Assembly (NCBI GenBank): GCA_963846325.1
Contig: CAWJVO010000002.1
Coordinates: forward strand, 851 to 64,850
Direction of reading: 5' to 3'
Source of the DNA: an uncultured bacterium
GTDB taxonomy: Bacteria; Krumholzibacteriota; Krumholzibacteriia; Krumholzibacteriales; Krumholzibacteriaceae
DNA length: 64,000 nt
In this document: positions 8,528 to 17,583 of the stretch, one piece after another
Numbering within the stretch: the first letter of the stretch is position 1
How the letters are laid out: the number at the start of each line of letters is the position of its first letter
Translations under genes and position numbers: made by a program
Notes under the pieces: model-generated
What the model was told of the DNA's origin: nothing
Database searches by the model: none
The model's input: only the letters and a program-made list of their open reading frames with translations

Positions 8528-10047
8528 CGTTCTTCCGCCTCTCCGACCGGTTCGAGACGATAGAGCACGTAGGTGACCGGCTCGGGCTTCCTGATGCCGA
8601 GGTTCGGCACTTCCCCCTTCATGACCGGTTCGAAGAAGACGCCTTTGATGATTTCACGCGAGAAGCGCTCGGGAAACGCGTCCCGGTCGACGAGATAATC
8701 GGGATGGAACCGAAGGTAGAGCCCCTCCTCGATGATGCGCTCGACGTCGATCTCCTTCCTCATCCGGTTGATCTCGGGCGTCACGAGGCCGCCGAGATCG
8801 AGGATCCGTCGATGCGAGTAGTATCCGATCACGCCGATATCGGGAGCGGCGACGAGGGCGTCTTCCGGCGTGTTCTTCTCGAGCCAGCGCCCCATGCCTC
8901 CGAGCATCGTTTCGAGCGCCTGCGAGAAGGAGAGCGTCGGGGGAACCACGACGAGCTCGTAGAACACGACGCTCTGCAGGACGGCGAGCGCCGTGAAGAT
9001 CGCGATCGCGGCGCGGCGCGCCCTCGCGCCCGCCACGACGTCCGCGGAGAGCCTCCGCCAGGCGGTCGCCCCGAGCACGATCACCGCGGGAACGACCGGC
9101 ACGAGATACCTCGAAAGCACCTGAAAATCGAGCACGACGTAGGCGACGGGAAGCGCGAACGCCCAGAGCAGCATGAGGAGGACGGCCGGCTCCTCGCGCA
9201 GGCTCCCCGATTCCGAGAGATAATATCCGGGAGAACGGCGGCGGAACGTCCCCGCGGCGAGGCCGGCCAGAAGGGCGATCCACGGGAAGAGAACGGTCGC
9301 GCCCATAATCCGCGCGGGAACGGCGGCGCGCCGCAGCACGGCCGGCGAGAAATCGAGCGCGCCCTGCTTCGCTCCAGCCGTGAGCGGGAAGAAGCTCCCC
9401 GTGTGCCGATGGATGACGAAGAGCCACGCGGCGAAAAGCGGGGCGAAAACGAGAAGAAACGCGAACCGCCGCGCCGTCCCCCTCGCAAAGAGGAACGAGG
9501 CCGCGGCGAGCGGAACGAGGAGCAGCGCCTCGGGACGCGAAAGCGCGGCGAGGAAGAGCGCGGCGCCGAGAAACGCCGAGCGCCCCGCCGACCGCGCGGC
9601 GGTCCGCGCGAGCTCCAGAACGACGAGCGTCATGAAGACGGCGAACGACGTCTCCATGCCGACCGCGCTCCATCGCACGAACCACGCCTCCGAGGCCAGC
9701 ATGAGCGCGGCGGCGAGCGGCGTCCACGGCCCGCCGCCCGCGGCGGCCGTGATCCGGTAGACGAGCGCGATCGAAGCCGCGGCGAAGAGCCAGGCGAGGA
9801 CCCGGCACCAGACGAGAAGATCGCCGCCCGCTTTCGCGCCGAGCGCGAGGATCCCCACCCAGAGCGGACTCGTCGCGCCGTAGGTCGGATCCCCGCGGTT
9901 GAAGGAGAGCTCTCCCTCCTCGGCGAGGTTTCTCGCGTACTGGAGGTGAATGAAGGTGTCGTCGACGACCGCGTCGCGGAGCGGCACGAGCAGCATGGCG
10001 AACAGAACCGCTCCCAGCGCCACGTTTCGTATGTCATTCCGCCTCAT
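8524..10047 (-). CDS. Polytopic membrane glycosyltransferase, GT-C-like (ArnT/PMT-like topology, DD motif in first loop)
   Basis: This is the lower part of ORF 8524..11232. ATG 10045-10047 overlaps the upstream stop (ATGA). The N-terminus reads MRRNDIRNVALGAVLFAMLLVPLRDAVVDDTFIHLQYARNLAEEG. About 10 or more hydrophobic helices are followed by a soluble C-terminal domain. Confidence 0.6.
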   Translation of the reverse strand: MRRNDIRNVALGAVLFAMLLVPLRDAVVDDTFIHLQYARNLAEEGELSFNRGDPTYGATSPLWVGILALGAKAGGDLLVWCRVLAWLFAAASIALVYRITAAAGGGPWTPLAAALMLASEAWFVRWSAVGMETSFAVFMTLVVLELARTAARSAGRSAFLGAALFLAALSRPEALLLVPLAAASFLFARGTARRFAFLLVFAPLFAAWLFVIHRHTGSFFPLTAGAKQGALDFSPAVLRRAAVPARIMGATVLFPWIALLAGLAAGTFRRRSPGYYLSESGSLREEPAVLLMLLWAFALPVAYVVLDFQVLSRYLVPVVPAVIVLGATAWRRLSADVVAGARARRAAIAIFTALAVLQSVVFYELVVVPPTLSFSQALETMLGGMGRWLEKNTPEDALVAAPDIGVIGYYSHRRILDLGGLVTPEINRMRKEIDVERIIEEGLYLRFHPDYLVDRDAFPERFSREIIKGVFFEPVMKGEVPNLGIRKPEPVTYVLYRLEPVGEAEER

Positions 10048-11315
10048 TTCCCTCCGATCAGCTGTACAAGGAGATCGTTCAGCCTCTCCGCCTCGGCCCT
10101 CCGCGAGTATCGCGGCACGCCTTCGACGGAATATGCGGTTTCGAGCGTTCCCGCGAGATAGCGCCCGTGCATCGTCTCGATCGCCGCGGCTATCTCGTCC
10201 GGCCTGTCTATGCGGGGCGTCTCTCCGCGCCGGAGATCCCGCACGAGGCGAGACGCTTCTCCCTCCGGCGCGACGGCGAGAATGGGGCGCCTCGCCCCGA
10301 TGTACTCGTAGAGCTTGCCGGGCACGAGGCCCCGGTAGCGCTCGTCGTCGTGCTTGATGAGGAGCAGCACGTGGCTCGCCATCTCGCGCGCGACGCACTC
10401 GCGGTGCGGAACGTTGTCCTCGAAACGGACCGTCTCCCCGAGGTCGAAGCGTTTCACCCATTCCTCGTTCGCCGATTCGCGCGGACCGACGAAAACGACG
10501 CGCATCGCGCGCGCCGCCGCGGGAGCGCGCCGCGCGAACGCGGCGAGCCCTTCGAGAAACGGCTTCGTGCTCCGGCCGAGGGTGAGCATCCCGCAGTGCG
10601 TGACGGTGAAGGGAGCCGCCGGGGGACGCGCGCCGGGCTCCCGCGTGAAATCCTCCTCGTCGAAACCGTTCGGAATGCGCTCGATCCTGGACAGCGGATA
10701 CCTCTCGGCGAGGATCCGCTCGTGCGACTCCGTCGTCACGAGCACGAGATCGGCGCGCGAGACGACGGAGCGTTCGAGACGCTCGTGCAGCGCCCGATGG
10801 AGCGGCGTCGGCGGCGTGCGCAGACGGAGGTTGAACCACGGATCCCGGAAATCGGCGACCCACGGAATTCCCGACCTCCGGGCCGCGAGCAGAGCCGCGA
10901 GGTGCGAGCTGTCCGGCGGGCTCGTCGAATAGACGACGTCGAAACGTTCTTCGCGGCAGAGCCTCTCGGCCTCGCGCGCGGCGAAGGGCGCCCAGCCCGC
11001 GTAGGTGTCGGGAACGAGAAACAGCTCGCCGAAACGCCGCAACGCGGCGAAGCCTCCCGACGAACGGCGCGACGCCGCGCGGGCCGGACCGCCGCGAAGC
11101 GATCGCAGGAACCGAAGCCCCGAGAGAGAACCGGTCCGCGCCACCCGCACGCCGGGCGGAATCTCCCGTTCGAGCCCCGGATCCGAGATCCAGTACTCGC
11201 CGGGACGCGGCGTCACGACGGTGACACTCCACGAGAGCCGGGAGAGATACTTGACGAAGGAAAGCGGCCGGTACACGCCTCCGCCTCCCCCGGGGGGAAA
11301 GAAATTGATTATCAT
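10044..11315 (-). CDS. Glycosyltransferase family 4 (GT-B)
   Basis: Lies in the frame of ORF 10044..11978. The start is MIINFFPPGGGGGVYRPLSFVKYL (ATG 11313-11315). A GT4-type C-terminal half is present (EGEASRLV region, LLIKHDDERYRGLVPGKLYEYIGARRPILAV). Confidence 0.8.
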   Translation of the reverse strand: MIINFFPPGGGGGVYRPLSFVKYLSRLSWSVTVVTPRPGEYWISDPGLEREIPPGVRVARTGSLSGLRFLRSLRGGPARAASRRSSGGFAALRRFGELFLVPDTYAGWAPFAAREAERLCREERFDVVYSTSPPDSSHLAALLAARRSGIPWVADFRDPWFNLRLRTPPTPLHRALHERLERSVVSRADLVLVTTESHERILAERYPLSRIERIPNGFDEEDFTREPGARPPAAPFTVTHCGMLTLGRSTKPFLEGLAAFARRAPAAARAMRVVFVGPRESANEEWVKRFDLGETVRFEDNVPHRECVAREMASHVLLLIKHDDERYRGLVPGKLYEYIGARRPILAVAPEGEASRLVRDLRRGETPRIDRPDEIAAAIETMHGRYLAGTLETAYSVEGVPRYSRRAEAERLNDLLVQLIGGK

Positions 11316-11332
11316 GAGGATGTTCGGCACGT

Positions 11333-12853
11333 TCAGCGATCCGCCGCGGAGAGCATCCACGCGGCGATCCTCCTCCCCGTTTTGATCCTCACGAGCTCGA
11401 TGATCTGTTCCTTTTCGCCCGGTTCGAAGATGCCGAGCCGCGCGATGATGAAGCGGGCGGCGAAGGGCGACACGAGGACGAAGACGAGCGACGCATAGAA
11501 ATGCACGCGCGACGTCGCGAGCATGCCGCACGCGGCGACGGCGGCGAGCGCGACGAAAAGCCGCCAGAGCCGCGCGCCGATTCCCCCGAAGAATCCCCCG
11601 CGTTTCGCGAGCAGGATGGCTGCCGCCATCTGGACGATCGACGCGAGCACCTGGGAGACCGCCATCCCTTCGACGCCCATCGCCGAAACGAACAGGAAGA
11701 ACGTGCCGAAGTAGCCCGCCATCCACAGGAAATCGCAGATGACGGCCCATTTGATGAAATGGAGCGAGCGCATCGTGGCCATGAGGGGCGCCGAGACGGC
11801 GGCGAGGGGCACGGTCGGCAAAAGGATGAGCAGAATCCGGTATGAAGCCGCGTAGCTCTTTCCCGAGAGCAGAACGATCACGTCCCGCCCGATCACGGCG
11901 AACAGCGCCGCGCAGAGGAGCGCCCCGGCGACCAGCCCCTTCGTGAAGAGACCGATCCTCCCGGCGATATCGTCCCATCTCCCCTCTTCGTAGACCCGAG
12001 TAATTTCCGGCTGAGCCGCGAGAATGGGAAGGCCCAGGAATCGCTTGAGCAGGACGTCGACGCGCGAGGCGACGTGAAAGAGCGAGATCGAGGCCATCGG
12101 AAGCACCGAAGACATGACGAAGCGATCGACGTCGGTGAACGCGAGCGCGACGATGCTGAGACAGAACGAACCGGCCCAGTACGAGAAGAGGCCGGGCACG
12201 ACGATACCCTCGGATATCGCGCCCGCCGTGAAGACGCCCCCGCGGGCTCGTTTCACCAGGAGCGGGATCCCCGCCGCGAACACGCCCAGATTGAGGACGA
12301 ACATCGCCGCGAAGAGCATCTCGACGGTGAGGCGGTCGCGCTCGACGATCATGTACCCGGTGAAAGCCGCGAGGTACACGATCTCGAGGAGCATCTGCAG
12401 GCGCATCTCGCGGAGCCCGCTGAAGCCGCCGTAGAGAAGCATCTTGAGAGCGAGCGTCACCGACGAGAGCGCGAGCCAGGCGACGAGCTCGCGCGACTCG
12501 ATGAGCCCGCGGAGCCCGGCGGGCATGAGACGCTCCCAGAACCCCGACGCGAAATAGAGCCCCGCCCCCAGCACGGCGACGGCGGCGCTCGAAAGCGCGA
12601 AGACGAGGATCGCCTTCCCCGCCTCGTTCCGCGCCTCGAACGTGGGGAAGAACCTCACGAGCACCTGCGGCAAACCGAGCAGGATCACCGCGCCGAGCAA
12701 AAGCGAAAATCCGCGCAGGGTCACGAACAGCCCGAAATCGTCTCCGCTGAGGAAACGGCTCAGGATCGAGATCTGGGCGAGCGTGAAAAGGACGCTCGCG
12801 GCCCCGCTCACCGTGAGAAAGATCGTGTTCTCGGCGATCTTCGACCGGGTCAC
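11333..12853 (-). CDS. Wzx-like oligosaccharide/polysaccharide flippase (MOP superfamily)
   Basis: About 506 aa and highly hydrophobic with about 12-14 helices. The N-terminus IAENTIFLTVSGAASVLFTLAQISILSRFLSGDDFGLF is typical of the polysaccharide biosynthesis protein family. GTG 12851-12853 overlaps the upstream stop (GTGA). The track's start is at 12886. Confidence 0.75.
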   Translation of the reverse strand: MTRSKIAENTIFLTVSGAASVLFTLAQISILSRFLSGDDFGLFVTLRGFSLLLGAVILLGLPQVLVRFFPTFEARNEAGKAILVFALSSAAVAVLGAGLYFASGFWERLMPAGLRGLIESRELVAWLALSSVTLALKMLLYGGFSGLREMRLQMLLEIVYLAAFTGYMIVERDRLTVEMLFAAMFVLNLGVFAAGIPLLVKRARGGVFTAGAISEGIVVPGLFSYWAGSFCLSIVALAFTDVDRFVMSSVLPMASISLFHVASRVDVLLKRFLGLPILAAQPEITRVYEEGRWDDIAGRIGLFTKGLVAGALLCAALFAVIGRDVIVLLSGKSYAASYRILLILLPTVPLAAVSAPLMATMRSLHFIKWAVICDFLWMAGYFGTFFLFVSAMGVEGMAVSQVLASIVQMAAAILLAKRGGFFGGIGARLWRLFVALAAVAACGMLATSRVHFYASLVFVLVSPFAARFIIARLGIFEPGEKEQIIELVRIKTGRRIAAWMLSAADR

Positions 12854-13857
12854 GCGCCGCTCCTTCCCCTCGCGATCGCCCACCACCGCTTGCGCGACGT
12901 CACGACCGGATACCTATGCTCCCGCCCTCCGAGCGATTCCTTGAAAAAGAGAATGCCCGGGTTGCCTCCGCTGCTCCCGAGGTTGAAGACGCGGCAGCCT
13001 CTCCGGCACGCTTCTTCCATGGCGCTCTTTATGAGAATGGCTCCCGTTTCGAACTCCCGGGCGCGCTCCGTCATTCCTCCCTGCCAGGCCTGCGCCATCT
13101 CGCCGCGATAGAAATCGATGTGGCCCCCGAGAAGCTCACCGTCCAGAAACGCCCCCCAGAAAACGATCTCCCCCGAACGGCGAGCGAAGAGCTCGAGAAA
13201 CAGACGCTCGGGATACGGGTGAACTCCTCCCCAGGCCCGCGACTCGGCGGCGTAGATCGCGTGGAAACGCCTGACCTCATCTTCCGTCTCGAGGCTCCGC
13301 GCCGCGACGCCCGCGTCGAGGCCGCGCCGGGCGAGCTGGCGGCGCTTGCCGCTCCACTGCGTGTTCCACACCTCGTCGAAACCCTTTTCGAGCGAAACGA
13401 GCCGGCACTCCTCCATCGCGGCGCCGAAACCGCGGGGCGCTCGCGGCGGCGCTTCATCCCCGAAAAGGACCACCCCCGCCGTGAGACAGCGGGGAGCCCG
13501 CGCGATCCGGAAGAACTCGTCGAGGAGCGCCTCGCGGACGCGGCCCTCCCGCGCGAGCGGTTCTCCGTACGTCCCGAAGGGGAGAGACCAGAGATACGAG
13601 AAGGGACCCCGCGAGATGCGCACGGCCGGCATGACTCCGGCGAGAACGCCGCCTTCCCGCACGGTGAGCCAGAGCGTCCTGAAACCGCCGAACGCGTTTT
13701 CGAGGGAATCGAGCCACGCACAGGTATGAAAAAAGGTCGCGCCGGGGATGGAGCCGATGAAACGTTCAAGCTCCTCGCGCGGGGGACGATGTTCGAGCTC
13801 TGCCTTCACCGGTTCCTCATCGCGCCTTTGATTCATGCGGGGTTTCCGGATCTTCAT
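12850..13857 (-). CDS. FemAB/CelD-like GNAT-fold acyltransferase
   Basis: 335 aa with a FemAB_like/BioF2-like acetyltransferase layout (FFHTCAWLDSLENAFGG...LVSLEKGFDEVWNTQWSGKRRQLARRG...IDFYRGEMAQAWQGG). An alternative start lies at ATG 13836. Confidence 0.6.
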   Translation of the reverse strand: MKIRKPRMNQRRDEEPVKAELEHRPPREELERFIGSIPGATFFHTCAWLDSLENAFGGFRTLWLTVREGGVLAGVMPAVRISRGPFSYLWSLPFGTYGEPLAREGRVREALLDEFFRIARAPRCLTAGVVLFGDEAPPRAPRGFGAAMEECRLVSLEKGFDEVWNTQWSGKRRQLARRGLDAGVAARSLETEDEVRRFHAIYAAESRAWGGVHPYPERLFLELFARRSGEIVFWGAFLDGELLGGHIDFYRGEMAQAWQGGMTERAREFETGAILIKSAMEEACRRGCRVFNLGSSGGNPGILFFKESLGGREHRYPVVTSRKRWWAIARGRSGA

Positions 13858-15283
13858 CCGGCGCGCCGAATTCCGGGATCAGGGCGGCGATGCACTGGAG
13901 CACCTTTTCCTGCCGGCCCTTTCTCGCCACCGAGATGAGATCCTCGATCCCCTTCTCGATCCCGGCGGGAACGGGATCGGCGGGGCGGGCGAGAAGGATC
14001 TTCTCCTCGCCGAGCGGCGCGAGCTTCTCGTCGGCGGCGACGAGCTGTTCGTGGAGCTTCTCCCCCTCGCGGAGCCCGGTGACGACGATCGGGATCTCCG
14101 TCTCGGGCTCGTATCCGGCGAGGATGATGAGATCTTCCGCCACCTCGAGGATATTGAGCGGCTCTCCCATGTCGAGGATATAGGTCTCCCCTCCCTTTCC
14201 CACGACCGACGCCCTGATGACGAGAAGAGCGGCCTCCTTGACCGTCATGAAGTATCTCGTCGCGCGCGGATCGCTGACCGTTACGGGGCCGCCGCGCCGT
14301 ATCTGCCTGAGGAAGAGAGGAACGACGCTCCCCGTGCTCCCGATGACGTTTCCGAATCGAACCGTGATGAAGCGGCACGGGGTCCCGGCGCCGCACCGGG
14401 CGCGCAGATAGAGCTCGATGAGGCGCTTCGTCGCGCCCATGACGCCGCGCGGGCTCGCCGCCTTGTCGGTCGAGATGAATACGAAGCGGGAGACGCCGCA
14501 CGCCTCGGCCGCCTTGACGAGGTTGACGCTCCCCGCGACGTTGTTGACGACCGCCTCCGCCGGATCGCGTTCCATATAATGGACGTGCTTGTGCGCGGCG
14601 GCGTGGTAGACGACCTCCGTCGAGCACTCGTGGACGATGCGCATCGTCCGGTCGGCGTCGCGGAGATCCGTGATGTACGACTTGAGATCGAGGCGCGGGA
14701 ACGAGGACCGGAGCTCGTCCTCGATGTCGAAGATGCGGTTCTCTCCCCTCCCGAGAAGAACGAGGAGCCGCGGACCCGCCCGCGCGATCTGGCGGCACAG
14801 CTCGCTTCCGATCGAGCCGCCGGCGCCCGTCACGAGCACCACCTTCCCCGCGAGAGCCTTTCGCGCGGATTCGAGATCGAGATCGACGGATTCCCTTCCC
14901 ATCAGATCCTCTATCCGAACGTCCCTGATCTGCTCTATGTGAACGTCCCCCTTGAGGATCTCCATGACGCCGGGGACGATCTTGAACGGGAGCCCCGCTT
15001 TCCGGCAGTGCTTGATGACGCATCGCACGAAATACCCGGTGGCGCTCGGGATCGCGAGGATGACCTCGTCCACGGTTCTACGCGCCGCGACGCGTTCGAG
15101 CTCTACCGTTCTCCCGAGGACGGGCAGGCCGAGGATCTTCTTTGCGGCGAGACGCGGATCGTCGTCGAGGAATCCTATGACGTCGCCGCCGATCTCGCGG
15201 TGCGCCGCGATCTCCGCCGCGACCATCCGCGCCGCCTCGCCGGCGCCGACAATCAGGATCTTTCTGCGTGTTCCTTTGGTCAT
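13817..15283 (-). CDS. Polysaccharide biosynthesis protein CapD/PglF/WbpM family (nucleotide-sugar 4,6-dehydratase), soluble short form
   Basis: Lies in the frame of ORF 13817..16051. The start is MTKGTRRKILIVGAGEAARMV (ATG 15281-15283, ATGA overlap). There is an N-terminal CoA-binding-like domain. An SDR core follows (VLVTGAGGSIGSEL, YHAAAHKHV, STDKAASPRGVMGATKR). Confidence 0.85.
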   Translation of the reverse strand: MTKGTRRKILIVGAGEAARMVAAEIAAHREIGGDVIGFLDDDPRLAAKKILGLPVLGRTVELERVAARRTVDEVILAIPSATGYFVRCVIKHCRKAGLPFKIVPGVMEILKGDVHIEQIRDVRIEDLMGRESVDLDLESARKALAGKVVLVTGAGGSIGSELCRQIARAGPRLLVLLGRGENRIFDIEDELRSSFPRLDLKSYITDLRDADRTMRIVHECSTEVVYHAAAHKHVHYMERDPAEAVVNNVAGSVNLVKAAEACGVSRFVFISTDKAASPRGVMGATKRLIELYLRARCGAGTPCRFITVRFGNVIGSTGSVVPLFLRQIRRGGPVTVSDPRATRYFMTVKEAALLVIRASVVGKGGETYILDMGEPLNILEVAEDLIILAGYEPETEIPIVVTGLREGEKLHEQLVAADEKLAPLGEEKILLARPADPVPAGIEKGIEDLISVARKGRQEKVLQCIAALIPEFGAPDEDPETPHESKAR

Positions 15284-17583
15284 CGTATGATCGCGATCTT
15301 CCGTGTTTCGGTCGCACGGCCATCGCTCACCTTCGCGATGTAGATGCCCGAGCGGGCCTTGAATCCGCTGAGCGTGAGAAGATCCCACGCCCGCTGCCCG
15401 TCCAGGATGCCGTCGGCGCTGTGCACAAGCTGCCCCTCGATCGTGTAGACGCGAATCGAGACGGGACTCGAGATCCTCGATATCTTGATTTCCGCGTCTC
15501 CGCGCGAGATGTGCACCGGATTCGGATACAGGATCATCCGCGAAAGCGTCTCTTTCGGCTCGGGCACCGGGTTCACGTCGAGCCGCGCGAGACCGTTCGG
15601 CGTGCCGATCCAGAGAACGCCGAGGTCCCGATCGCACGCGAGCGTGGCGCAGTGGGGAGACGGAAGGGGCGAAATGATCGAGCTCGGATACAGGTCTCCC
15701 TTCCACGCCTCCGGGGACGTGAACGCCTCGATCGCGCCGTCCGGGGTTATCTTGTTGAGCCCCTGCTCGGTGCCGATCCAGAGATTCCCCGCCCCGTCGT
15801 ACTCGAGATCGAACACCGCGGCGCCGATGAGTCCCTGTTCGCCGGGGCTCGTCTTGATGGTGAACGAATCGATGACGCCGGCCTTCCAGCGCACGAGACC
15901 GCTCGCCGTGCCGACCCAGACGGCGCCGTCGGTCCCGCTCTCGACGGCGTAGAGCTCCGTGCTGGCGAGATCCCCGGGATCGACGAGCGTGGCCCACCCG
16001 TCGCTCGCGAGATCGCTCAGGCGGGCCCAGTCGAATCCGCCCGTGTACCACGCCTGGACGCCGTAGCCCCTGAGGGCGAGATAGGCGACGCCGCCGGCGC
16101 CGAAGGAAACGTCAAAGACGCTTCCCCCCGCCATCCCCGGCGCCGTCGAAGGCGTGACGCTCAACCACGCGGTGCCGTCCGCTTTGAGAATGTTGATCCC
16201 GAGAAGTCCCTCCTCCCCGAGCACGTCGTCGGAGAGAAACCACCGGTTCCCTTCCGGGTCCTCCTTCGCCCTGACGAAACGGTTCGTCGTGATCGTTCCC
16301 TCGTTCAGCGCGTAATGCTCCCATTCGTCGTCCGTCTTGATGAACGGGTCGTTGATCTTGATGCGATCGAGATCGAGAAAGGCGCCGCACCACAGATACC
16401 CCTGCGAATCGCGCAGAAGCGCGATGTTGTTCAGGAAATAAGAAAGTCCGGCGTCGTCCGTCGACGTCCTCATCTTCCAGTAGGTCGTCCACCGGTCATC
16501 GTTCGATCGGTAGCTGACGCCGAAGTACCGCGCGCTGGCCCATACTCCCTGCCCGGGAACGACGCTGAGCGCGACGATCCCGTTCTGGGAGAGATGCTCG
16601 GGCGCCCTGTTTATCCACGAATTCGAAACGTACGCGGAGAGGTAGGCCCCGCGGTTGATCTGCGCCTCGAGACCGGCGACCCAGACCGTTCCGCGGGGAT
16701 CGACGGCGACCGTCTTGAGGATATTCAATCCGGCCGAGATCCTGAACGTCTGGGTGAACAGCGTCTTCATATTCGCCGTGATGTCCGTCCACGACGAGCC
16801 GTCCCGCCGGAACGCCTTCGCGTTGGTGACGCAGTACAGCGTACCCGATCCCGAAGCGACCGCGAGGGGAATTCCCCCGCCGGGCTGGCCGAGCGAAACC
16901 CAGGCGCTCCCGTCGAAGCGCTGCACGCCGTTCGCTCCCGCGACATGGATCGCTCCTCCGTGGACGCACAGCGACGTCGCGTTTCCGATACGGTACATCG
17001 CGAAGCTGAACGTGCTCCTCAGGAAACGGGCGACGCCTCTCTCGCAGGCAACCCAAAGCGTATCCCCCCGCGCGAGGAGATCGCGCACGGGAATCCCTTC
17101 GAGGCTGTCCGAGAGGATCGGCTCGAAGGAATGAAGATTGTCGTAGAACTTCGCTATCCCGCCCGTCGATCCGTAGTACACGTCGTCCCCCGCCGAGGCG
17201 ACGCAGGTGACGCTGTCGCTCATGAGACCGTCGATCGTCGCGGTGTAGGTTTTCACGAAGGGCTCGGCGCTCCCGATACGATCGATCCGCGCCACGCCGC
17301 TCGTCGTGAAGCCCGCCCATACGCTCCCCCGGGAGTCCCTCGTGACGTCCGAGACGTCGGTCGAACGGAATCCGAGACCGTCGAGTCGCTGGACGAACGA
17401 CGAATCGACGAGGCTGAAGACGAGTATCCCGCCCCTCGTCGAGCACCAGATCGTATCTCCGACGCAATCGATCCGGTTGATCGCGCTCGCGTTCACGAAG
17501 ATCTCCCAGTCGCCGCCCGCCGCGAACGCGGCACCCGGCGCGAGCAGCGCGCACGCCGCCATGACGATCAATATCCGCCTCAC
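15280..17583 (-). CDS. Secreted multi-blade beta-propeller repeat protein with C-terminal T9SS-sorting/FlgD-Ig-like beta-sandwich domain
   Basis: Lies in the frame of ORF 15280..17748. GTG 17581-17583 (GTGA overlap) gives the signal peptide (M)RRILIVMAACALLAPGAAFAAG. It has repeated W/G-rich propeller-type repeats (VWAGFTTSGVARI, LWVACERGVARF, VWVAGLEAQ, LWIGTEQGLNKI, LWIGTPNGLARL). The C-terminus reads LYPNPVHISRGDAEIKI...IRVYTIEGQLV...SGIYIAKV. Confidence 0.7.
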   Translation of the reverse strand: MRRILIVMAACALLAPGAAFAAGGDWEIFVNASAINRIDCVGDTIWCSTRGGILVFSLVDSSFVQRLDGLGFRSTDVSDVTRDSRGSVWAGFTTSGVARIDRIGSAEPFVKTYTATIDGLMSDSVTCVASAGDDVYYGSTGGIAKFYDNLHSFEPILSDSLEGIPVRDLLARGDTLWVACERGVARFLRSTFSFAMYRIGNATSLCVHGGAIHVAGANGVQRFDGSAWVSLGQPGGGIPLAVASGSGTLYCVTNAKAFRRDGSSWTDITANMKTLFTQTFRISAGLNILKTVAVDPRGTVWVAGLEAQINRGAYLSAYVSNSWINRAPEHLSQNGIVALSVVPGQGVWASARYFGVSYRSNDDRWTTYWKMRTSTDDAGLSYFLNNIALLRDSQGYLWCGAFLDLDRIKINDPFIKTDDEWEHYALNEGTITTNRFVRAKEDPEGNRWFLSDDVLGEEGLLGINILKADGTAWLSVTPSTAPGMAGGSVFDVSFGAGGVAYLALRGYGVQAWYTGGFDWARLSDLASDGWATLVDPGDLASTELYAVESGTDGAVWVGTASGLVRWKAGVIDSFTIKTSPGEQGLIGAAVFDLEYDGAGNLWIGTEQGLNKITPDGAIEAFTSPEAWKGDLYPSSIISPLPSPHCATLACDRDLGVLWIGTPNGLARLDVNPVPEPKETLSRMILYPNPVHISRGDAEIKISRISSPVSIRVYTIEGQLVHSADGILDGQRAWDLLTLSGFKARSGIYIAKVSDGRATETRKIAIIR

